Assembly (NCBI RefSeq): GCF_026571515.1
Contig: NW_026851848.1
Location: 124,001 to 188,000, forward strand
Direction: 5' to 3'
Length of the DNA: 64,000 nt
DNA from: Ruditapes philippinarum
Lineage: Eukaryota
Under the pieces are notes generated by a model. That model ran no database searches. It was not told the DNA's origin and worked only from the letters and a program-made list of their open reading frames with translations. This document shows positions 24,074 to 35,942 of the stretch, in pieces. The translations under genes were made by a program, and so were the position numbers. Position 1 is the first letter of the stretch, and each line of letters starts with the position of its first letter.

Positions 24074-27000
24074 CCCGCAATAATGAAGTATTAAATATAA
24101 GTTTGTAATGAGAGTTATATTTTTCGTATGTATGTCTTTCCAGATCCATGTGGTGCAGGTAATCACACAGCGTTAGAGTCAAGTGACAGGCTTCATTCGA
24201 TACACCAGAATAACCATGTGTGTGACGATAACTTAATCGAAGGCTGGTACAAATTCGAGGTTAACGGCAGACCCGCTGAGATCCCGCACTTGTGCTTAAA
24301 GGTATACCTACCACTCAATTCAAATTTCAACCAATCATACCGCTCATAAAAACAGGTCTTAAAGTGGATTGGTCTACAATGGGTACATTTTCAATAAATA
24401 TTTCAAATATTGATAAAAACAATAAAAATGTATCATTACGATATTCTTATAAAAAAAATTCTTGAAATAAAAAAATGATGATAAAGTGTTTCAGGATGAA
24501 CATTGATATGATGAATAAAAATATTTTGTTCTAGAACATTTTATTATCTGCTTTATATAGATATATGTAATGTTTGATCATGTATCTCACATTTGGTAAT
24601 AGCATACATATATTATTGTTTCGTGGTTTGATTTTATGACTGATACTGAACAATCAACATAAATATTTATTGCTTTACATACCTTCCATTGTAGGCCATT
24701 TCTCTTTAAATTATCCTAGATTTGTTGAAATTTATGTCGAAGTCTACTTTATCTATAAATGAAAAGTGCTGCTCATAGGTTCTGGGCTTTAGGGTGGCTG
24801 CAAAAATACAGAGACGCGCTCTCAGAAAATATTTATTATCAAAGAATGAAGTCTGGCTCGCGCAACGAAAGCCTATAATACGTGTGCGCATGCGTGACAG
24901 TACTTAGTTCGGAATTGAAAGTTAAGGGGGCAGGGGACCTAAAAATGAACAATTTTGTATTTCAGAGTGGAAACACAGTTCCAAATATTTCATAATCTGT
25001 TTCACAGGCAGACACCAAGTTGCACAGCATTATTCAAGGATATATGACAAACATTGAAAAAAAAAAATAGTTTCCATGCATTGCTCCTTAAAATAATGAC
25101 TGACAGCAATTTATGTTTACCCCCACCCAGTAAAAAAACACATTAAATATACCAATATGGACAATCTTCATGAAGGTACAGCATGCTCCTGAATCCGATT
25201 CCATTAAAAATATCACTAACACACAGTGCAATCAATGGCATTTTCAAAAAAGACCAATAAAGTGTCTGTCATACGTTTAGATTTTTCACAAAATTTATCG
25301 GAAATTTCTTACTTGTTTGGCGCTAACTGTCAAAGCTTGATTTTTTTTATCTTTTTTACCTCCATTCGGAGAGTCACTTATACACACAAAGCTACCAAAA
25401 TGCTTATCGGAATTCAATCTCGGTTTAAGAAAAATTCTACAAGAAGATTATCACACCATCTAATATACCTAAGAATTCCTTCACTTAATTTCTAGGGTAT
25501 CTAAAGGCAACAGCAAAGTTATTGATACAATATTAAACGGAGTAATATTCTCTTTGACGATATATGAAATGTCACGTGGGTTGGCTACAAAAGTTGAGGT
25601 GTTAAAATTTAATTGCAATACCTTTTATGTTAGCGATTAAAGTAATATAATGTATATAGGAATTTCAAAAACAGCTATTATTCAGAGCGGGCGCTATGGT
25701 GCAGTGGTAACACTGTCTGCCTACCAATCAAGGGGTCGTGAGTTCGATCCCCCGCTACTCCACAGAACTAAACGGAGAGAGGAACAGAGGACATAAAGGA
25801 ACAGACAGCAAAACGGACGTCACCCGGGAGATAACTACAAAGACGGAATGGAGCATTCTACAAGACACACTGAGAGGAACAGACGACAACGGAACAGATA
25901 AAAGAGACTTACTGGAACAAGACACAGGGAACAACAATGCTTACAAGAGAAGACTGGAACGGGAAATTGAGGAGCGACAACAGACGCACTGAGTGGAACA
26001 GTGGACAACGGAACACACAAAGCATGAAACTGGGTCAACATAGTTACATATAAAAGGAACAGGACATGTGAATCGATAACAGAAGGACTGAGTAGGACAC
26101 AACAGAACATACCAAAACACTTGATGGGACAACAGACAGGGATAACAACGATACATATAAAAGGAACAGGAAATGAGGACCAAAACACTTGATGGAACAA
26201 TAGACAACGATACAGACAAGAGAAAACTTAAACTAAACTGGAAACGAGGACTGATAAAATAGGAACTAACGAATATAACAAATAACGAATTAACAAATAC
26301 AACAACACAGACGACAGACTCCGGAACAATTACAAACAAGAAAATACAAGGGAACAAGGAACAAAACAGAACAGACAATAAACGAACACTGGAACAGGGG
26401 ACAAGACACGAAACGGGGCAGACAGAAAACCACACAAGAACATTAACGATACAAATAAGAGAAAACTTAACAGACAATAAAGAACTTAGGGCAACAAGGC
26501 ACATAAATTCAGAAATAGAAAAGAAAACGAGTACCGATAACAGAAAAACAAACGGAAAACACACAACAATACTTGTAAACGAAAAACCACATACAAAAGA
26601 AAATCATGAGAACGGACTCAGTATAAAATTCAAGACTAAACGGGACATATTATTCAAATAGCTTTAAACTGAAAATTACTTACAAAAGTGTATCTTATAG
26701 ACTTTCTGATGAATTAATTTAACACGATAAATTTTACCGATATGCCTGAGTAAAAATATAATAAGCCGTGATCGTATTGAAAGGTATTTTTATTTTCTTA
26801 AAATAATAATACATTAACTTTAAGCTAAATTGTGCCTATCAAAACCTTTGATTTTTTCCGTTTAGGCATAAAGCCTTGATAGGTATTGTGATTTCCGCAT
26901 TTTCTGTTAACCTGCATAATATTAAGCTCAAAATATATTTCAGTCTTAAATAAATATACCGGTCATTACATACGGGCGGTCTGGTGGGCGGCGTTCAGTT

Positions 27001-30000
27001 TTGTCCGGAGCATATCTCCTACATGCACGGAGGAATTTGAATGAAACTTCATAGAAATGTTCACCACTATCAGAAGCTCTGTCATATAAACCAGGTCACT
27101 ATGTCAAAGGTCAAGGTCACACTAACATTTTGAAGTTTCACATTATCACATTTAGAATTAATAGGTACACCCAATCGTGTCCTGGGTGTAACTTTGTCAT
27201 GCATCAAAGGATTTTAGAATACTTTGGCATAAATGTCTACCAAACCAAGACTATGCGTGTTGTTTAATAATCACGTATCTACCTCAAAGGTCAAGGTCAC
27301 ACTACCATTTCGAATTTCACTTTATCACAATTAGAGTTTATAGGTGCACACATTCATGACCGGACTGTAACTTTGTCATGCATCAAAGGATTTTAAAATA
27401 ACTAGGCATAAATGTCTACCACATCAAGACGACATTTCGGTCCTAGACCCATGTCCCTACCTTCAAGGTCAAGGTCACACTTTAATTAGATTGAAAGTAC
27501 TCAATCTTTCTAGAAGAGTCTGAAGATACACATTCATGTCCGGATTGTAACTTTATCATGCATGGAAGGATTTTAAAATAACTTGGCACAAATACCTACC
27601 ACATCAAGACGATGTGTCGTGGCTTATGTTCGTCTGTCCGTCCGTGTGTCCCCACTAACACAACAATCATGTTCAGGCTGTAACTTTGTCATGCATTGAG
27701 GGATTTTGAAATAAATTTCTATCTCATGACAACATTCTGTCGCGTCAAAGAAACACGTTCCTTCTTCAAAGGTCAAAGTCTCACTTATATTTTGAAGCTT
27801 CACGCTATCACAGTTAAAGATTATAGGTTTTCACATTCGTGTCCGGACTATAACTTCGTCATGCATTGAAGAGTTTTAAAATATATTTGCACAAATTTCT
27901 ACCACATCAAGATAACGTGTTGTGTGTAAGACCTATGGGTCAGGGTCACTCTTATGGTTTGAAGGTACTTATGCTCATAAAAAGTGTATGAAGGTACACA
28001 TTAGTTCCAAACTGTAACATTGCCATGCATTGAAGGATTTTATAATAACATTGCATAAATGTCTACCTAACATGGCATGAATGTCTACCACATCAAGATG
28101 ATGTGTCGCATCCAAGACCCAATGTGTTAAGTTTGCCATAAATAGCACTTCATTTCACAAGAACAATATTAAGCAATTAGTTACTTTCATTCTCTTTTCT
28201 TTTGATACCTGCATGCTTAAGAAACCTTTTCGGGGGCATTCGTCATTCATCAATAAAAACAAATAAATACATTCCTAATATTTTCACTGGCATAAGAATC
28301 AGTTGATATAGGTTTTAAAAAATCAGCACCTGTGTGTAGGGAAATGTATGTTTTGAGTGGTCCAGAACTACTTGAATTACAAGTTGTTTAGTAAATGAAG
28401 GCTTTGATATTTTCAAATGACCTTATCTGTAGATATTGTTTAGTGTTTGTCTAATGTTTTGAAATTATCAATTTAACTTTTTTTCATGTTGATTTCTATG
28501 TTTTCTTCATCAGTATTTGATGTTAGGATATTAAAAAAAAATTTGGTAAGCAGTGTGATAATTCAGCGATGTTTATAAAAGAAATGAAACCTGTTACTAT
28601 TAGATTATGTCATATGAATGTTACAACCTAAAGCACTTCAAAAATATTGCAAAAAAACGATTTTAATAATCAATTTTCACTTTGCATATGTCGTAAAAAC
28701 ATAAACGACTTATAATTTGACACTATTATAAAGAATGTATTGAATATTTACTTCTACACTACAAAGTTTGTCATTTTGCACAAGATTTAAATAAAAACCA
28801 ATGATACAATAATCTTCATTACTTTTCCTTACATTGGCATGCATACATACATTTGAAATTTTGCATTCTTGTATACATATGTATAAGAATAAAGGGCAAT
28901 TCTAATCTGTATGTTTAAGAATGCAATCAACATACATACATTGATAAATAACATTCAGATATATACATGTCATCAGAATGAATGCACGTTTGGCGGTCAT
29001 TTCAGCGGGCGAAAAGGCGAGATTTTCGCATTTAATCCACAGGTGCTAGTGGCATTGATTTGACCTAAAATGTGTTTGACCTTGTTATTAAAAAAAAAAA
29101 AAAAAAAAATTCACTGTTATATTATTATAGACAGTGATTTTTTTTTTTTTTAATTTATTGATATTTTATTGTATAAATAACAAGGTCAAACACATTTTAG
29201 GTCAAATCAATGCCACTAGCACCTGTGATTTAATCAGTCAAGCATCTTGTCCGGTGCTCCAACACTCTTTTTTATCACTAACAAAATAGTCAATGAAATA
29301 AAATTAAATCGATACCATTCTTCTATTCCAGAACAATGTTTGTGGCACCCAGCTTCCTATGAGAATTGATTTAGCGGGAAAAGCGATGCCTGGCGTCAAC
29401 GAAACGGTAGACGCGCACGTGTGTACTTCTTATGACGTCCTGGGAAAATGGGACTGTTGCGTACTGCGTCAACCAATCAAAATAAAGACATGTGCTGCTG
29501 ATATTTACGTGTACTATTTGAAACCTACTGATAGATGTAATGTCGCGTATTGTGTCCAAGGTATGACCCTTTGAAAATATACTTGCCCAAAAGAATTGCC
29601 AAAGTTATAGAGGCACCTTTCAATACATGTATTTCCATTTCTATTTTTTCACCCTCAAGAATTTTCTAAGAAATTTGAGTTTAATCTACTTGATTATCAT
29701 AGTAACTTTTAACTATTTTAATGAATTATGATATTTGAATCGCGAAAAATAATATGCAATAGTGTACAAAACGCAACACTTAATATTTAAGAAAATTTTC
29801 ATTTTCACAAAATCATAAAAATTGATACATAGATCTACGCCAGCAAAAAGTTATACAAAGCTATGTCTATATCACACACGCTATCAGTGATAAGCGTGCG
29901 AGCTCTATACATTTACTCAACTCTGTCATCGAAACTTCACTTTTGTTCAATATCCTCTATAACTACACTTTTGGTCGAATGCTCGGCTTTTAAAATTATC

Positions 30001-33000
30001 CATGGTCAATATTAATCGAGTTTAGAAACTAATGCCAAATAATAATTCTAGTGAAGGTTTTTTTTGTGTGTGTCCGTGGCCGAGTGGTTTCAAACTGCTT
30101 TCCCCTCACCGAATTCTTCCAGGGCCATTGGATTCTTTCATTTTAGAAAGCTATCCATTTAGCTTATGGAACGTCAGTTGAGCTATCCAGGTGCCCGTTC
30201 GTGTCTGAAATAATACACGGAAGGCCACCTGGCAGTTAAACTGGAAAGTCACAATTTGTGCTTAACAGAGTTGGTGCAACGTAAAACCCGACCAAAACAA
30301 TCCTTGTATTTGCTAGATATGACTTTTACATAAAAAAATTATGAATTTTCAGAGGTAAATGACAGCCCTTCCCAAAACTTGACGATAAAACGAGGTGATG
30401 ACAGCAGGTTCCGTGGCAGTTCAACATCTATACCCATCACATACACAACAACCGCATCCCAAAATGATAGGAACTCTTCAACAACTGAAGTACCCATTTC
30501 CGCCACTAGCACTAACACATCAGAAGTTACAAGCGAATCTGTTACGAACATTCCCGAAAATGATACTACAAGATTAACGGTAACGATTGCAGGAATTACC
30601 ACGGCAAATGACGAAAATATATCTGTTACCACAGTTACTGCGCCTGTAAATGTTAGTGTAACAGAAAATGGTACCATTGACGACGGTTCTTCCACAACAC
30701 TTGCAGGTCTTTCGCCTGGTAACACAGATAAAGCTGTTAACATGAATGATACCACAGCTGTTAACATGAATGTTACCACCACAGACTTACCACCACCTTT
30801 AACAAATGCCAGCAGACGACTTAACACATCAACTGAAAGCAGCGTCTCTGATGTCGGTGTTACCACTACTGAAAACGTTCCCAATAATTCTGTTTCCATG
30901 ACAACATCTTCTTCAACAATAGAGAACACAAGTACAAATGACACACCCACCAACCAGACGACAAGTAACATCGGAACATCTACAGCAGGTGACGTCAATG
31001 CAATAGAAGTATCACGTACACTCAACACTTTTGAGCCGCGTCACGACAAAACCAACATAGTGCGTTTGCGACCAGCATATGGATCCAGACCAGCCTGCAC
31101 ATCCGCGCAGTCTGATCAGGATCCATGCTGTTCGCTGACAAACCCTATAACAAGTAGAGAAACTGATAGCGAACAGCATGGATCCTGATCAGACTGCGCG
31201 GATGCGCAGGCTGGTCTGGATCCATGCTGGTCGCAAACCCATTATGTTGGTTTTGTCATGACGCGGCTCATTTCTGAACGCCCACTTTGTTTCTGACACA
31301 CATTCCGGCGCTCAAACAACTGTTTTAATCACACTTTATGTAGTCATTTTGAAATATTTCAAACAAGCTTAGCATCTTGCGTCTTATTTGAATAATATAA
31401 TTATGTTTCCCACTTTATCTGTTTACGGATAAATAAATGAACAAAATCAAAACCATTATATTAGCCTACAAGAACAAATCATGTCGATGAATCTGAACTT
31501 TTATTCATTGGTCAATCTCCACATTTTTCTTTGTGTACCCATCTTTTTTTCCGGGTTCAACACGCTCATTTTGTATTGCATTTGAAGTGAAATTTAGATC
31601 ACATGCGATTATGGTGCCAAGTTTTGCAAATCGTAAAATAGAGCCCAGCCGTGACGATGAAAAAGTTTTTACTTTGTAAGCGAGTACTCTTTATTACACT
31701 GAGGTTTCGAATTGAAATCGTGTTATTACCTAGTTTTCTTTTAGAAGAACTGTATAAAGTGGGCAATAAGAAACTGTGTTGAGTGTATTAATTAAAGTAA
31801 TATTTAGTTAATGGTTGTTAGTATTGGGTAATAAGTTTGGCAAAGTATAATGAAGTCTCTAATTTTAGTCCTTTTTACATCCATTAACTATTCAAATTAA
31901 TATTAAACCTGAATTAGAAATCTGATAAATATTCCTCTTTTCAAAGTTTATGTGTCCTTTACTCCAAAAAGATCTTTATTTTACAAGTTTTCTTTTTTTT
32001 TAAATTATTTGAAGAAATAATTACAAACATGCCATACATTCAAGTTTGTCACTGTTCATTTTACTGCTTATTTTTCTAACTTTCAGTCCCAGGTTTACCG
32101 TGTGAAAACTGGACTAAAACACTGTGTAAGGACGGGAACACGACATGCTACCTATCGCCGACTGACAACACGTCTTACAGAGTCTGTGCAGACCGTAGTG
32201 GGTGTGGTGTCATCTGTGATAATGTTCCAGATTGTAATGACGGATCTGATGAAAGTCAACACCTATGTCGTAAGTGTCAGTTAAGTGTCACTATCTTTTA
32301 GCCAAATAGTTTCATCTGGAAACAAAACTTATACCAGATGCGCAGACCAAGATCAGTCGACACATTCGAGCATGTTTGTTCCGGGTGTGCACTGTTTGCT
32401 TTTCAGTCGGTACATATTTTAAACTTTTCGTAAAATTAATGAATGATTTTGGCAAGATTGAAAGATGGACAAGTCCATTCTAAATTGGAATATCTATAAT
32501 GGCGAGGGATAAAGTGATGCATATGAATTAAGTTTTGGCCACTATTCTGAAAAAAGCATATTAATGCTTACAGGCATATTAATTTTCAGTTTTATATTAA
32601 TTACATAGACGTGCATTTGAATAAGAACAGGCGAGCATTTGGAAAAGAACTGGGTGCAGTTGCCTTAAAAAGAAAGATTAAATTTCAATATTGCATCATA
32701 ATGGCAAGGGATAAAGTGATGCATATGAATTAAGTTTTGGCCACTATTCTGAAAAAAGCATATTAATGCTTACAGGCATATTAATTTTCAGTTTTATATT
32801 AATTACATAGACGTGCATTTGAATATGAACAGGCGAGCATTTGGAAAAAAAAACTGGATGCAGTTGCTTTGAAAAGAAAGATTAAATTTCAATTGCATCA
32901 TAATATAAGTTATTATAAAACATATCACGTTGATGTCATCAAATGTTCACTAAAGTCTCTTATGAACATTTATAAAGTTTTTACCTGAACAGAATCAGCT

Positions 33001-35942
33001 TCGTGCGCCGAAAGTCAGCGACTATGCTCTGATGGTATACACTGTTTTACACGATGTGATGGCGCTGTGACTTGTTCTAGCCATGTATCTGGTGAAGACG
33101 AAGAAGGGTGTCTTTGTTAGTAACTTTTCGTGACTAATTCTGATGTTATATTCCATTTTTAAGGTTCACTGTACAAGTTTTCAGAAAAAGAAGAGAGAAG
33201 TTATCGGGACATAATCGTAAAATCATTTCCGAAATATATTAAAAATATACAACACGCGCTAACATAATTAGATAATCAAAAATTAAAAAATATCTTATCT
33301 CAATGTTTTTTTCAAAGGATGCTTTGCATATAACTCAACGGGATTGCTCTTACTAAAAATATTTCTCGAAACGATCCATTTCTTTATATTTCAGCAACGA
33401 CTACAACAACCTCTATCACTAACGCAACATTTTCCTCTACGGACAACTCTCAGAATGTTACAGAAGAAATTGAAAACAGTACGTCTCAAACATTTGCACA
33501 ATCAACCCGTCATGTTACTGTCACAACTGAAAATGGGAGTCATCGAATGGATAACGTAACAGCTTATAGTGATCCAACAACAAATAGTGATCCAACAACT
33601 ACAGAAACTTCATTTTTGTCAACTGCTGATACTTCACAAGACCTAAGTACTGTCAGTGCCAGTAACAATATTTCAGATACAACAGAAAGTATTACAGCCA
33701 GGTCTAACACTACATCTGGAATGATAAATTCAAGTGAGTCCGTAAATCAAACTAGAATTGTACCAGAGCCATCTGTTACAGATTCGGCAATAACAAATAA
33801 CCAAAGTACCACAGAAGCACCAACCGATCAAGAAGTAACAGAATCTAATCTTGTGACAACAGTATCATCTGTACAGAACCACACATCACAGGATGAACTG
33901 TCAACGGACGGATCTGTGAGAACAGTATCTCCAACTTTAAATCAAACAGTGACCTCGACACAAACTTCTGTAACATCTGAAAGTTTAACTACATCAGAGA
34001 AAGAACATGAACCATCATCACAGGGCAGTAGCAGTAGTTCAGTAGAGTCGACCATAGAATCAACAACAGGCCTTTCTCCAAATACAAGCATGCAGTCCTC
34101 CTCACAAACGGAAAGACATACATCCACAGATATTAACACTGTTGTAACCACTGTCAGTTCATCGGTCACAATTATGTCTTCTGGTCCTGGTGTTTCGAAT
34201 GGTACTACAATCCAAGAACCAGTCCAGAGTCCTTCTGGGATCACTGATTCAGCTCCAGTTTCATCAAGCGGTGACGTTGAAGTAACAACCCCAGAACAAA
34301 CAACCTTAACTTACCAACGTTCAGGTACGTTGAATTAGGACACAAACGACGACGTCTTTCATTAGCGGCATTTTAAAAGTAGATTTAGTAGATAGATTTT
34401 GCACACTTTTAAAAAATACCGTTTCATAATTGTAACAAACACTTGCCTCCTAATCGGTCGATTGCTATTTTAATACATTTTATTTACATAACTTTTTGTT
34501 ATATTCGCTCACCAGATGTCTTCATTTCTAATTTTTATTTTTAAACTACAAATATCATCATCTTATAATTGTTGAAAAATATTAATTTCTAGATGGTCAG
34601 CAAAGTTCGTCAAGTTTCCATACCACCTCCTCAGCCAATGTAAAAACAGGTACATCTGCAACAGTTGAATCAACACTTTCAGGCATTACAAGTATGTCCC
34701 CGAAAATCTCAGTAGTGACAGGATCTGGGTCTACGTCTGCAGGAGGCAACAAGGCGATGGATCAAACTACACATGTGCAGGATGAAAAGACAGGTTTATA
34801 CTATGAGAACTTTGGCTTGTTCGTTTTCCTTATCGTTGCTGGGGTTGTCATTGCTGGAACTTGTATGTTTGGTATTATTGGCTATATGTATCAGCGGCGA
34901 TTTCGGACATGGAACCCGTCGATGGCATACCAAGATGCTTATGGTGATTTTGTAAGTAAAGAATAATGAATGAAGATGATAAGAGTTGCTTTTTTATGGG
35001 AAGATTGTGGAAAGTTGTCCTACAGACTTACGCCTCCGCGTCTTCTCTAATACACAGGGTATTTTAATAAAAAAACTTAAAACAGTTATGCTTTGTCAGC
35101 AATAACGTCATGTATGCATCTCGTTGCAAATCAATATCAAAAGAGTTGAGCGCGTTGTGTTCTTTAAACGGATTTTGCAAATAAACTTTTGATTTTAATC
35201 ATGAAGAATATTTATTTCAGGAAAAGAAACCACTTCCATTTGGGCGGGAGAAATTTGGCGTGGAAAGTCCAATCCCTGACTTTGATATTTTACGCGATGA
35301 AAAGGTTTGTTTTTGGTATTGTTTTTAATTCTGAAGTAATGAGTTTTTTTATGCAAAAAAATATAAAATAAAGAAAGTTAAATATGCTAGATTTACTATG
35401 CTGGTTAATGCAGCACGGCACAAGCTTTATTGAACATACGTATATGTATATTTAATAAAATAATATCGCTTAAATATTAAGGTGGTCGGTTTGATCAAAT
35501 GTTATAATTAAAATGAATCAATTAAGTAACACTCGATAAATATTCTATATTAATCAAGAATTCTGAAAATAGATGGTTTCTGATGGCATGTTTAAAAGAA
35601 GTTACATACATCTCCTAATTGCTAAAACTTCAGAAATTTGAAGAAACATCATTATCGCAAGCAAGCACTTTGGCAGTCGGACCAACACCTGGGAGATCAG
35701 CAGGACCTCCATTTGATGACAGTTACGACGAGATTCAGCCCGATGGTATGACCAATGGTAAACCCAATGGCGGAGCGTGTCAACATGAACCTGAAGTATC
35801 CTATATAACTGACGGCCAAACTACCGACAGTTTTCCTGCATACGAAAATGGTGATGGTGTAGTGCCTGTTGATGAGATAGATAATTCCTCTCCTAGAACA
35901 CTGTTTCCATGGATTGAAAATGCAGCAGATACCAAATTGTAA
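16969..35942 (+). CDS. Type-I transmembrane mucin-like protein with a D8C (UMOD/GP2/OIT3-like) domain and LDLa-like modules; 10 exons, 1007 aa
   Basis: join(16969-17008,23801-23857,24144-24301,29332-29560,30353-30988,32087-32269,32993-33115,33395-34324,34593-34951,35634-35942). All introns GT-AG, phases compatible, total 3024 nt. Confidence 0.8.
18044..18145. repeat. (GAT)n microsatellite punctuated by CAAAA
   Basis: Seen directly. Confidence 0.9.
18960..19590. repeat. ~51-bp minisatellite
   Basis: About 12 copies of GACAGATATTTCTCTAATATTGACAACGACATAAGAAAACCCTGCCTAATGT. Confidence 0.9.
23801..23857 (+). CDS. Receptor exon 2 (signal peptide, C-half)
   Basis: tttttcag|(V)ACSILFGDVECNGSNNGV|gtaagc. 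Confidence 0.7.
   Translation, partial: SHVRFSLVMLNAMEAITE
24030..24073. repeat. (AAT)n microsatellite
   Basis: Seen directly. Confidence 0.95.
24144..24301 (+). CDS. Receptor exon 3 (D8C, N-half)
   Basis: DPCGAGNHTAL...CDDNLIEGWYKF...PAEIPHLCLK; ttccag| and |gtatac. Confidence 0.85.
25685..26647 (+). mobile_element. tRNA-headed SINE-like element with a long T-poor body
   Basis: A box TGGTGCAGTGG (25697), B box GAGTTCGATCC (25740); flanking 9-bp direct repeat TATTATTCA at 25676 and 26648. Confidence 0.6.
26970..28250 (-). mobile_element. Degraded HINE-like element with diverged ~180-bp internal repeats
   Basis: Recurrent TCAAAGGTCAAGGTCAC and GTAACTTTGTCATGCAT units; GTCC microsatellite; CGGGGGCATT end. 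Confidence 0.6.
29038..29227. mobile_element. Young fold-back MITE with an 8-bp TSD (hAT/P-like)
   Basis: Perfect ~52-bp TIR CACAGGTGCTAGTGGCATTGATTTGACC...; TSD ATTTAATC at 29030-29037 and 29228-29235. Confidence 0.85.
29332..29560 (+). CDS. Receptor exon 4 (D8C, C-half)
   Basis: NNVCGTQLPM...VCTSY...CCVLRQPIKIKTCAADIYVYYLKPTDRCNVAYC. Confidence 0.9.
30068..30300 (+). mobile_element. tRNA-derived SINE (degraded)
   Basis: A box GTGGCCGAGTGG; body TGTCTGAAATAAT.CAC.GAAGG.CACCTG shared with 52308-52440. Confidence 0.6.
30353..30988 (+). CDS. Receptor exon 5 (RGD plus first Ser/Thr mucin stalk)
   Basis: ttttcag| acceptor; T/S/N-rich with many NxS/T sequons; CAG|gtgacg donor. Confidence 0.8.
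31033..31269. mobile_element. Palindromic MITE, copy 2 (intron 5 of the receptor)
   Basis: Same arms as 7206-7440. Confidence 0.85.
32087..32269 (+). CDS. Receptor exon 6 (LDL-receptor class A-like module)
   Basis: ...CGVICDNVPDCNDGSDESQHLC|gtaagt. Confidence 0.85.
32496..32902. repeat. Direct tandem duplication of ~202 bp in intron 6
   Basis: ATAATGGC(G/A)AGGGATAAAGTGATGC... at 32496 and 32698, near-identical. Confidence 0.9.
32993..33115 (+). CDS. Receptor exon 7 (divergent LDLa-like module)
   Basis: SCAESQRLCSDGIHCFTRCDGAVTCSSHVSGEDEEGCL|gttagt. Confidence 0.8.
33395..34324 (+). CDS. Receptor exon 8 (second Ser/Thr mucin stalk)
   Basis: In frame with ORF 33547-34338; tttcag| and CAG|gtacgt. 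Confidence 0.85.
34593..34951 (+). CDS. Receptor exon 9 (stalk end and transmembrane helix)
   Basis: FGLFVFLIVAGVVIAGTCMFGIIGYMY followed by QRRFR stop-transfer; |gtaagt. Confidence 0.85.
35634..35942 (+). CDS. Receptor exon 10 (cytoplasmic tail)
   Basis: KFEET...SYDEI...AYENG...ENAADTKL*. Confidence 0.8.
   Translation, partial: KFEETSLSQASTLAVGPTPGRSAGPPFDDSYDEIQPDGMTNGKPNGGACQHEPEVSYITDGQTTDSFPAYENGDGVVPVDEIDNSSPRTLFPWIENAADTKL

Noticed and set aside
25688-25762. Functional tRNA-Gly gene
   Set aside because: Acceptor and anticodon stems do not pair and there is no downstream T-run terminator; treated as a SINE-type head.
25755-26564. Hydrophobic minus-strand ORFs resembling membrane proteins
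   Set aside because: By-product of the T-poor plus strand, which gives few stops and many L/V/F/C/S codons on the complement.
30339-31028. 229-aa minus-strand ORF (also 33942-34244 and 12370-12687)
   Set aside because: Antisense shadows of real coding exons.
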